Source: Myxococcales bacterium
GTDB lineage: Bacteria; Myxococcota_A; UBA9042
NCBI GenBank assembly: GCA_037441385.1
Contig: JBBISH010000048.1
Span: forward strand, 1 to 41,482
Length of the DNA: 41,482 bases
Direction of reading: 5' to 3'
Both the position numbers and the translations under genes were made by a program. Of the stretch, positions 8,125-15,561 are shown piece by piece; within the stretch, counting starts at the first letter, position 1; every line of letters starts with the position of its first letter. A model generated the notes under the pieces. The model worked only from the letters and a program-made list of their open reading frames with translations. It did no database searches and was not told where the DNA came from.

Positions 8125-9429
8125 TCAGCCACCCACGCGAAACCGAAGCACGAGGCGCTGCGCGGGACCGTTGGGCAATGCGAGCCGCACCCTGGTCACT
8201 TGTTCGGCTGCGCAGCGAGCAAGTCCACTATTGCGGGCATGTGGCGGCAAGAGCTTGGCTTGGGTAACCAATCCGTCACCGCGAAGCAGGGCCTGCACGG
8301 TCAACTGCGTAAACACTGGATCATCCGCGTTCAGCAAGTAGCAATTGGCCACCCGCTTCCAGGTCTGGCGGACGATGTCTTGCCCAGCCTTTTCGGCGGC
8401 GTCTGGCACGGCCCGGTCGGCTTTGGCCCGCGCCTGGGCCGCCTGGCAGCGCCCGTTGTCGTCGAGCAACGGCTGCCAATCGGGCAGGCCGTCTGCCGGA
8501 CTTGGCGACACAGCTTGACCAAAGCCATTGCCAATGCTGACTTGCTGCGTGATTTCGTCGAACTTCAGGGCAATCGGATACGTCATCGCGAAGGGCCGTA
8601 CCGTGAGGCCGTTGTATTCCATATCGGCCCAGATGTGGGCGACCAGGGCGTGGTCAAGCACGAATTCGGCTTGCGGGTTAGCGCGATAGCGCTCGTCCAC
8701 CGCGGCTCGCAAGCGCAGGCGGCGCTGGCCCGTGGGCGTTGGCATGGCACAATCGGTCGCACCGGCCGGGGCATCGACGCCGGTCAAGCGCACCAAGCCC
8801 TCGGCGTCGATGGCGAAGTCGTAGCGCCCTCGCTCGTCGTCAAGCGGCACCGCAAAGGTCGGGCTGCTCATGTGGACGTAGAAATAGGGGCCGCGACCGA
8901 CGCCGTCGGAGTGCGCGCACAGGAGGTGCTTGCCGTTCTTGGCCACCTCAAAGGCCTCGCAAGTGCGGCCGAACCAGCCATCGGCGCCTGGCACGGCCCG
9001 CGCCGCCACCAGCAACTTGGGCAAGAAACGCGGCGGGGCAGCCACATAGAGCGACCCGGCATCAGAGAAGACCAAGCCCTGCGACTTGGGCAACCACTGG
9101 ATCTGCCCGACTGCCTGCGTCTCGGACAGCTCGATCGGCCGCGCGCCCGCCTCGATGGACGACACGACCACGCGGCGCCGCATATAGTCTCGTTCGAGAT
9201 GCGGTTGCCGCACGCGCTCGTCGGGCTCGTCGTAGACGACAAACTCCCAGGCACCGTTGGGAGACATCACGGCGGCGCGCGGTTCCGCAGCGGAGGCGGA
9301 GCCGGGCCACGCGAACAGGGCCAAGGCCGTTACCCAACGGAGGTTGAGCAGTTGCAAGCGCCCACGCCACCCGGTGCCGACCGCCGCGCCATCCATCGCA
9401 CACCCGCCAAAACGGACCCTCTGGGCCAT
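8125..9429 (-). CDS. Secreted hypothetical protein, possible N-terminal beta-propeller-like part and C-terminal AgmX/PglI/TonB-C-like domain
   Basis: Signal-like segment WVTALALFAWPGSASA; C-terminal VANCY...G.VTQA...LARCAAE pattern; start uncertain (9429 or 9396). Confidence 0.55.
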   Translation of the reverse strand: MAQRVRFGGCAMDGAAVGTGWRGRLQLLNLRWVTALALFAWPGSASAAEPRAAVMSPNGAWEFVVYDEPDERVRQPHLERDYMRRRVVVSSIEAGARPIELSETQAVGQIQWLPKSQGLVFSDAGSLYVAAPPRFLPKLLVAARAVPGADGWFGRTCEAFEVAKNGKHLLCAHSDGVGRGPYFYVHMSSPTFAVPLDDERGRYDFAIDAEGLVRLTGVDAPAGATDCAMPTPTGQRRLRLRAAVDERYRANPQAEFVLDHALVAHIWADMEYNGLTVRPFAMTYPIALKFDEITQQVSIGNGFGQAVSPSPADGLPDWQPLLDDNGRCQAAQARAKADRAVPDAAEKAGQDIVRQTWKRVANCYLLNADDPVFTQLTVQALLRGDGLVTQAKLLPPHARNSGLARCAAEQVTRVRLALPNGPAQRLVLRFRVGG

Positions 9430-9765
9430 TGCACTGAGGCTACGCCGCGCGCGCGGCCCGCGTCAAAGCGACGCCCTTGCGACGGCAGGTTGCGAAGGCA
9501 GGCTGGGGGCCATTTTCTACTCCCCGTAATCACTGCGGAACGTGCGCCGCGTCAGCGATGCAGGCCCCAGAGGGGTGGCGGCGCGCGGGAGCGTCGCCAC
9601 CGCCGGGAGCAAGAATCCTGGATTCATCCAGGGTTTCGCAACGACCGGCGGCCGCAGCGCGACGGTCCGGGCAGGTAGCCCCGATGCCAGCCCGCGCCCT
9701 GCGACCCGGACCGGGACGCCCAGAACACCGCCCGCATGCTCGATAAGCCAATCCCAAGGCAGGGA

Positions 9766-10596
9766 CTATTGCCCTGGGCGCCAAGCGGTAAAGTCGTAAA
9801 GCGACTCCTCGGTGCGCTCGCTCCGGCCCAGCAAAGTCGCCTGCGCCGAGCGGCCGCCATCCAGCCACAGGCGCTCGCCGCGCAAGTCCGCCGGCAGCGC
9901 GGCCGCTACGGGCCCCGCACCGGTGCGCCCGTCGTAAGAGAGCAGCGTTGGAACCCCCCGCAACTGCAGCTGATACAGGCCGGCCAGCAGTTCCTCGGAG
10001 CGCATCTGCATGGCGTAGCGACGGTCGGCCCCAATCGTGGTGCCCAGGTAGGGCGGGTCGAGAAAGACCAAATCATCCATCGTTGCGTCGTGGACGGTCG
10101 CCAGCCAGTCCCCGGCGCGGACCTCGCACCGCCCAGCCAGCAGCCGATGGGCCTGGCTCACCGCGGCGCGCAGCCGGTCGGGATGTACCCCCAACCGCCG
10201 CCGGTCGGCCGACTGCGAGAAGTCGCCGCGCGCCGAAAACCGCACCGCGTTCTTGACGCAGCGTGCCAACAAGTAGTGAAGATCAAACGGGTCACGCGTC
10301 CGATTGAAGCGCTCGCGCACCGCGTTGTAGCCATCTGGTTCGGCCCAGCGCAGGGCGTAGGCGTCGGCCACGCGGTCGGGTGCGCGCAGGATTTCCGTCC
10401 ACAGTTCAGCGAGTTCAGTCAGAGCGTCGCCGATCACAAAGCGCTCGGCCAGGCCGTGACTCGCGGCGTACAGGGCCATGGCCGCCGAGCCCGCGAACGG
10501 CTCGTACAACACCCTGATTGGGCTAGGAAAATGGCGGGCAATCTGTGGGGCGAGCCGCCGCTTGCTGCCTTGGTATGGGATCGGCTGCTTCAGCAT
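9766..10596 (-). CDS. DNA adenine methyltransferase, D12/Dam class, apparently orphan
   Basis: PIPYQGSK, EPFAGSAA (SAM binding), VFLDPPY (catalytic); no adjacent restriction gene recognised. Confidence 0.9.
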   Translation of the reverse strand: MLKQPIPYQGSKRRLAPQIARHFPSPIRVLYEPFAGSAAMALYAASHGLAERFVIGDALTELAELWTEILRAPDRVADAYALRWAEPDGYNAVRERFNRTRDPFDLHYLLARCVKNAVRFSARGDFSQSADRRRLGVHPDRLRAAVSQAHRLLAGRCEVRAGDWLATVHDATMDDLVFLDPPYLGTTIGADRRYAMQMRSEELLAGLYQLQLRGVPTLLSYDGRTGAGPVAAALPADLRGERLWLDGGRSAQATLLGRSERTEESLYDFTAWRPGQ

Positions 10597-10713
10597 AGCC
10601 GCGATCTTGAGGGAGTTGGGTTGCGCGGGCAAGCGGTCTACAATCGCCGCGCGCCCAGGAAGCAATCGGGAGTCGACCGTGCCTCACCCATCAATTTCAG
10701 AGTATGTTCATGG

Positions 10714-10740
10714 ATCTGACACGAGGGTGCTTTGTTTCAG
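10714..10740. repeat. Dispersed motif copy 3 (ATCTGACACGAGGGTGC, 16/17)
   Basis: One mismatch to the core; imperfect dyad CTGACAC...GTTTCAG; in the divergent MTase/GH36 region. Confidence 0.85.
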
Positions 10741-12643
10741 GAGCAGTATTCTCGCGCTCTCAGTGTTGGTCGGATGCGCCAGCAGCGACGTCGCAGCACC
10801 TGCGTCGGTCCCGAGCGTTGGGCCCGTCGCGGGCAAGGTACACACCACGTCGAAAGCCGGGAACGTCTTGCTGGCGCCGCGTGCCATGGTGAACGGCGAG
10901 TGGCTGGCGCCCACCGGCGCCTGCGTAGGCCTGACGCAGATCGACTACCCGCCCGAATTCGCCTGCCCGCTGGCACCCTTCGGGAAGCTTTGGGTGCGGC
11001 AGCAGGCGGTGGGGGCCACTCCGGGGATTCCCGCCTGGACCGTCGAGCTCGAACTCGCCCAGGACGCGACCGTGCAGGGCTTCGAGCTCGCTGGAACGTG
11101 GTCGGTACCGGGCGCCAACCGGTGGTGGTCCCAGGGCTTCCAGAGCTGGTCGCAGTCCGGCGTCCTCGCCCTGCGCGACGCGCAACCCAGCGAAACAGCG
11201 ACCGCTGCGGCACTGGCCGTGCGCGGCGACAGCGAGGTGATGCGCACCGGCGCCGAGCTCAGCTGGTGGTCGACCGAAGTCAGCGGCGACAAGAATGCAC
11301 TAGTCGTGTCGGCCCTTTCCGCGGACACTTGGCGCAGCTGGGTCCAGGTGTGGAGCGCCCAAGGCTCCGGGGGAATCCGCCTCGTCTCGGGCGCCACCGG
11401 CGAAGCCGTCCACGGAGCAAAGGGGCAGATCGTCCGCAGCGAGCCGTGGGTCATCCTCGGCACCACCGACCGCAAATCGACGTGGCAATCCGTCGCCAAG
11501 CTTTGGAGCGGACGGCGCGACGATCCGGAACTGGGTTGGAACTCGTGGTACGAACTCTGGGATTCCGTCAGCGAGCCCAGCTTCCTCGCCAACCTCGCCA
11601 AAGCCAAGGAAGTCCTCGCCAGCCCCGCCGCGCTCGCCGCCTACCCGACCGCGGGGCGCCGCATCGTGCTGGACGACGGCTGGCAGGTGGCCTGGGGCGA
11701 CTGGCGCAGCAACGATAAGTTCCCCAGCGGTCTCAAGGGCTTGGTCGACAAGGCCAAGGCGGACGGCTTCGCGATGGGCCTGTGGCTGGCGCCGTTGCTG
11801 GTCAGCGAGAAGCTGCCCATCGTCGCCGAACACCCAGACTGGTTCGTGGGCGGCGCGGTCTACAATCACCTGAAGAACGGCAACATGCGCGTCCTGGACG
11901 TGACCCATCCCGACGCAGCTGCGCACCTGTCCGCCGAGATCAAGGCGCTGGCCGACGCCGGGCTCACGCTGCTCAAGATCGATTTCCTGTTCGCCGGCAC
12001 CTGGGAAGGCGCCCGCCACGAGCCTCTGACAGGAATGCAGGCTTATGTCAGATCATTGGAATTGATACAGAAAGCCGCGGGACCCAAGGTCAAGCTCCTC
12101 GCCGTGGGCGCCCCGCCGCTGGGCACGATCGGCCGGGTCGGCGCATGGCGGCAGGGCAGCGACATCGCCCTCGAAACCTTCGGTGCGGTCTGGGCGTTCC
12201 TCCCCAGCCAGTTGCGAACGCTGTCGGTCCGGTGGCCGTACTGCTTTGCGGTGGCGTGCGACGCCGACCCGGTCCTGCTCCGCAGCCTGACCGCCGACGA
12301 GGTCGGCTTTGGCGCCCTGACGGTGGCGGCGGCCGGCGGCGGCTGGTGGCTCAGCGACGACCTGACCAAGCTGCCGGGCGAGCGCCTGGACCAGGCCCTG
12401 CAGACGCCGTGGACCCAGGCCGCCCTCCACGGTCCGGCAATCCCCGAAGCCGCGCTGTCGGGCCTGCCCCCAGCCAGCTTGGTCAGCGGTCTCAAGGACT
12501 TTCTTGGCAAGCAGAGCACCCATGTCCTGCCCACGGTGTGGCGGCTCGGCACCGGCCAGCGCGCCGCCGTCAACCCGACCGACGCCCCCATCACGGTCGA
12601 GGGAACCGCCGTCCCACCCCACGCCGCCCGGCCGCTCCCCTGA
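10727..12643 (+). CDS. GH36-like alpha-galactosidase lipoprotein
   Basis: GWNSWY, VLDDGWQ, GLWLAP and LKIDFL motifs; lipobox LVGC; GTG start inferred. Confidence 0.8.
   Translation: MLCFRSSILALSVLVGCASSDVAAPASVPSVGPVAGKVHTTSKAGNVLLAPRAMVNGEWLAPTGACVGLTQIDYPPEFACPLAPFGKLWVRQQAVGATPGIPAWTVELELAQDATVQGFELAGTWSVPGANRWWSQGFQSWSQSGVLALRDAQPSETATAAALAVRGDSEVMRTGAELSWWSTEVSGDKNALVVSALSADTWRSWVQVWSAQGSGGIRLVSGATGEAVHGAKGQIVRSEPWVILGTTDRKSTWQSVAKLWSGRRDDPELGWNSWYELWDSVSEPSFLANLAKAKEVLASPAALAAYPTAGRRIVLDDGWQVAWGDWRSNDKFPSGLKGLVDKAKADGFAMGLWLAPLLVSEKLPIVAEHPDWFVGGAVYNHLKNGNMRVLDVTHPDAAAHLSAEIKALADAGLTLLKIDFLFAGTWEGARHEPLTGMQAYVRSLELIQKAAGPKVKLLAVGAPPLGTIGRVGAWRQGSDIALETFGAVWAFLPSQLRTLSVRWPYCFAVACDADPVLLRSLTADEVGFGALTVAAAGGGWWLSDDLTKLPGERLDQALQTPWTQAALHGPAIPEAALSGLPPASLVSGLKDFLGKQSTHVLPTVWRLGTGQRAAVNPTDAPITVEGTAVPPHAARPLP
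12025..12053. repeat. Dispersed motif copy 5, inverted (14/17), inside the GH36 gene
   Basis: Reverse complement of 12037-12053 is ATCTGACATAAGCCTGC; dyad TCTGACA-N14-TGTCAGA; run of rare codons. Confidence 0.7.
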
Positions 12644-12827
12644 GCCCCGCCGCAGTTGCCCAAGCGCAGGGGTGGATGGCCCGATCGCGCCGGATCCGGC
12701 GAGCACCGCCCCACCGTCACCGGACCCGATTGCCGCCCCAGGATTCTGTGCTACGCTCGCCCTGGCGGCAGGGCCCTTGGGCACGGTCGCTTCGGCCCCG
12801 GCGGTCCCCCACCACCCTGGAGCCCGC

Positions 12828-14279
12828 ATGGCACGCCTGCTGATCGTTGATGACGAGCTCTCGCTCCGCGAATTCCTGACCATCTTTCTCCGCAAAGAGG
12901 GCCACGAGGTCGAGGTGGCCAGCAACGGCCAGCGCGCCCTGGAGCAGCTCCAGCAGGGGCACTTCGACCTGGTTCTGACCGACCTCCGCATGCCCCGTAT
13001 GGGCGGCTTCGAGCTCCTCGACGCCATCAAGGCCAGCGACTGGAACACGCAAGTTATTGTCATGACAGCGTTCTCTAGCACAGAGACCGCCCTAGATGCC
13101 ATGCGCCGCGGGGCGTACGACTACATCGTCAAGCCCTTCAAGCTCGACGAAGTGCGCCTCATCATCCAGAAATGCCTCGAAAAATCGCAGCTGGTGGCCG
13201 AAAACCAGCAGCTCAAGAAGAAGCTGGCGCAAGGCTCGGCCAAGAAGGCGCAGTTCATCTGGAAATCCAAGGCGATGGACGACGTGGTCCAGCTCATCCG
13301 CCGCGTCGCCAACACGCCCTCGTCCGTGCTCATCCAGGGCGAGTCGGGGACCGGCAAGGAGCTCGTCGCGCGCATGCTCCACGACGGCAGCGAACGCAAA
13401 AGCCGTCCCTTCGTCGCACTGAACTGCGGCGCCATCCCCGAACAGCTCATGGAGAGCGAGCTTTTTGGCCACGTCCGCGGCAGCTTTACCGGCGCCACCA
13501 AAGACAAGAAGGGTCTTTTCGAGGCGGCGAGCAGCGGCACCATCTTCCTGGACGAGATCGGCGAGCTCAGCCTGGGCCTGCAAGTCAAGCTCCTCCGCGT
13601 CCTTCAAGAGCGCGTCGTGACCCCAGTCGGCGATACCCGCGAAGTCCCCGTCGATGTCCGCGTGGTGGCGGCCACCCACCGCAACCTCCGCGAGTCTGTG
13701 CAGGAAGGGCGGTTCCGCGCCGACCTCTATTTCCGCCTCAACGTCATCGAAGTCCGCATGCCACCCCTCCGCGAGCGCCGCGAAGACATCTTGCCGCTGG
13801 CCCGCCACTTCCTCACGCAGTTTGCACAGCGAATGGGTCGCGATATCAAGGATTTCGATCCCGAGGCCGAGGCGATCCTCACGACGCTCCCGTATCCGGG
13901 CAACGTCCGCGAGCTCGAGAACCTGGTTGAGCGCGCGGTGGCCCTGGAGCCCGGCGATCGCATCTCGCCCACTTGGTTGCCCGATCCAGGCCAGTCCAGC
14001 TGGCTAGGCGGCACCGGAGCGAACGCGGCCCGCGAAGAGGCCGTGCTCAAACCCGTCGATCAGGTGCAGCGCACCATCGAGTCTGTGGACCGGTGGCTGG
14101 AAAAGACCAACAGTCCTGTTGACCTAGAGGCCCTCATCGACCGCTTTGAACGCGGGGTGATGGACGCGGCGCTGCGCCAGACCGCCGGCAACAAGACCGA
14201 TGCGGCCCGCCTGCTGGGTCTGACCTTCCGATCGATGCGCTACAAGCTCGCCAAGTACGGTGCGGACAGCAATTCGTAG
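12828..14279 (+). CDS. pilR: Sigma54-dependent response regulator (REC-AAA-Fis HTH), PilR-like
   Basis: LIVDDE, TDLRMP, GESGTGKE, GSFTGA, GNVRELEN, C-terminal LTFRSMRYKL; directly upstream of a pilin gene. Confidence 0.85.
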   Translation: MARLLIVDDELSLREFLTIFLRKEGHEVEVASNGQRALEQLQQGHFDLVLTDLRMPRMGGFELLDAIKASDWNTQVIVMTAFSSTETALDAMRRGAYDYIVKPFKLDEVRLIIQKCLEKSQLVAENQQLKKKLAQGSAKKAQFIWKSKAMDDVVQLIRRVANTPSSVLIQGESGTGKELVARMLHDGSERKSRPFVALNCGAIPEQLMESELFGHVRGSFTGATKDKKGLFEAASSGTIFLDEIGELSLGLQVKLLRVLQERVVTPVGDTREVPVDVRVVAATHRNLRESVQEGRFRADLYFRLNVIEVRMPPLRERREDILPLARHFLTQFAQRMGRDIKDFDPEAEAILTTLPYPGNVRELENLVERAVALEPGDRISPTWLPDPGQSSWLGGTGANAAREEAVLKPVDQVQRTIESVDRWLEKTNSPVDLEALIDRFERGVMDAALRQTAGNKTDAARLLGLTFRSMRYKLAKYGADSNS

Positions 14280-14374
14280 TCCGCGGACCGAACTCTCGCA
14301 ACACGGAAACTTGAATCGGCTTGGCGCCCACGGCCAGCGGGGACCGCCTTGGGTTCGTGCCAGGCGCGGAGCGC

Positions 14375-14389
14375 TGACATTTTTTGTCA
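14375..14389. promoter_or_regulatory. Putative enhancer (UAS) for PilR
   Basis: TGACA-N5-TGTCA inverted repeat about 110 bp upstream of the -24/-12 promoter. Confidence 0.5.
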
Positions 14390-14499
14390 CCCAGGTGCCG
14401 CATCGCGTCCATCCTGGCCCGCGCGAAGGGGCGATGCGGCAGCGAGTGGCACTCATTTATCCAAACGTTTTCATAGTTCTAGAACGAATGCGCCAAGAT

Positions 14500-14515
14500 T
14501 GGCATCGCTCGTGCA
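14500..14515 (+). promoter_or_regulatory. Sigma54 (-24/-12) promoter of pilA
   Basis: TGGCATCGCTCGTGCA has correct GG-N10-GC spacing; preceded by an AT-rich, IHF-like tract (14455-14485). Confidence 0.75.
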
Positions 14516-14705
14516 AGAGTAGCGTGTGCGGCCGCACCGCCGGTCGCGAGAGCCTCCCTCGCGGAACGCTCTAACGGGTATCCAAAATGGCAGCGGTCAT
14601 CCGGGGCCCGATGGGTACCCCAACGTGACAGCGGTTGGCCGACGGCGAGTGCCGGACGGGTCAGCGTGGCGCAGTTGCCGGCAACGCCGGTCAGGAGTAC
14701 AGACA

Positions 14706-15281
14706 ATGCTGAAGAATTTCCGTAACGAAAAGGGCTTCACCCTCATCGAACTCATGATCGTCGTGGCCATCATCGCGATTCTGGCCGTCGTCGCCGTGCC
14801 CCAGTTCACCAAGTACATGCGCTCGGCCAAGGCTGCTGAAGCGAACGAAATGCTGGACCTGATCAAGAAGGGCTCGGCCTCGTACTACAGCGCGCCGCGC
14901 ACCGAGAAGGGCACCGGCAAGAAGATCGAGTGCCAGTTCCCGGCCAACGCCATCGGCACCCCGACCGGCACCTCGTGCTGCATCGACCAGAACGACGCGG
15001 ACAACGACGAGCGCTGCGACGCCAACCCGCTGAACTGGAACAACGCCACTTGGTCGGCGCTGAAGTTCGCCATCACCGATCAGCACTACTTCATCTACAG
15101 CTACCAGAGCTCGGGTCTGTACGGCCAGGCCATCTTCACCGCCGAAGCCAACGCCGACCTGGACTGCGACACCACCATGTCGACCTTCCAGCTCGTGGGC
15201 AAGGGCGATCCGAAGTCCACCGGCGCCGAGTGCGACATGCAGGGTTCGGCCGCCATCTTCCGCGACAACGAGACCGAGTAA
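14706..15281 (+). CDS. pilA: Type IVa major pilin
   Basis: Prepilin leader MLKNFRNEKG|FTLIELMIVVAIIAILAVVAVPQF; AGGAG RBS; sigma54 promoter; own terminator; biased codons. Confidence 0.9.
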   Translation: MLKNFRNEKGFTLIELMIVVAIIAILAVVAVPQFTKYMRSAKAAEANEMLDLIKKGSASYYSAPRTEKGTGKKIECQFPANAIGTPTGTSCCIDQNDADNDERCDANPLNWNNATWSALKFAITDQHYFIYSYQSSGLYGQAIFTAEANADLDCDTTMSTFQLVGKGDPKSTGAECDMQGSAAIFRDNETE

Positions 15282-15303
15282 GTCGGCCTAGCGATAGGAA
15301 AGT

Positions 15304-15345
15304 GCTGGGGGCTCGGGCGGAAACGCTCGGGCCCTTGGCCTTTTT
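15304..15345 (+). terminator. Rho-independent terminator after pilA
   Basis: GCTGGGGGCTCGGGCG-GAAA-CGCTCGGGCCCTTGGC stem followed by CTTTTT. Confidence 0.75.
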
Positions 15346-15351
15346 GGGGCA

Positions 15352-15561
15352 GCTAGGAGCGTGTCGGGATAATCCCGGCACAATCCTAGCGCCGCGTCTT
15401 GCGCGGCGGCAACTGGCTGAAATCGCACGAATTCACTTCGGGCGATTTTCGGCCAGTTGGACAAACGAAAAAGGCTAGGAGACTGGCGACACCCAATAAG
15501 ATCATAATGTATAACTAAATGAACATGTAGTGTCGCCCATTTTGCCTACAGGCTCCTAGCC
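15352..15561 (+). repeat. Chain of four inverted-repeat elements in the pilA-GMC intergenic region
   Basis: Stems at 15352-15390, 15391-15407, 15410-15459 and 15473-15561. Confidence 0.7.

Noticed and set aside
9661..9685. SRP RNA core
   Set aside because: GGTCCGGGCAGGTAGC lacks the conserved GGAA tetraloop and AGCAG pattern
14375..14389. TGACATTTTTTGTCA as matS
   Set aside because: matS is GTGAC-N3-GTCAC; the spacing differs and the position fits a pilA enhancer better
14457..14465. TTATCCAAA as a DnaA box/oriC
   Set aside because: A single mismatched box with no cluster; better explained as an AT-rich tract in the pilA promoter
15410..15462. Hairpin ending GTTGGAC as an integron attC site
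   Set aside because: The left end does not fit RYYYAAC, it is short, it lacks the unpaired spacer, and there is no integrase or cassette array
488..15497. Segment between the two dif-like sequences as an Xer-integrated mobile element
   Set aside because: It contains core genes (miaB, rpsA, pilR, pilA) and no replication or mobility genes
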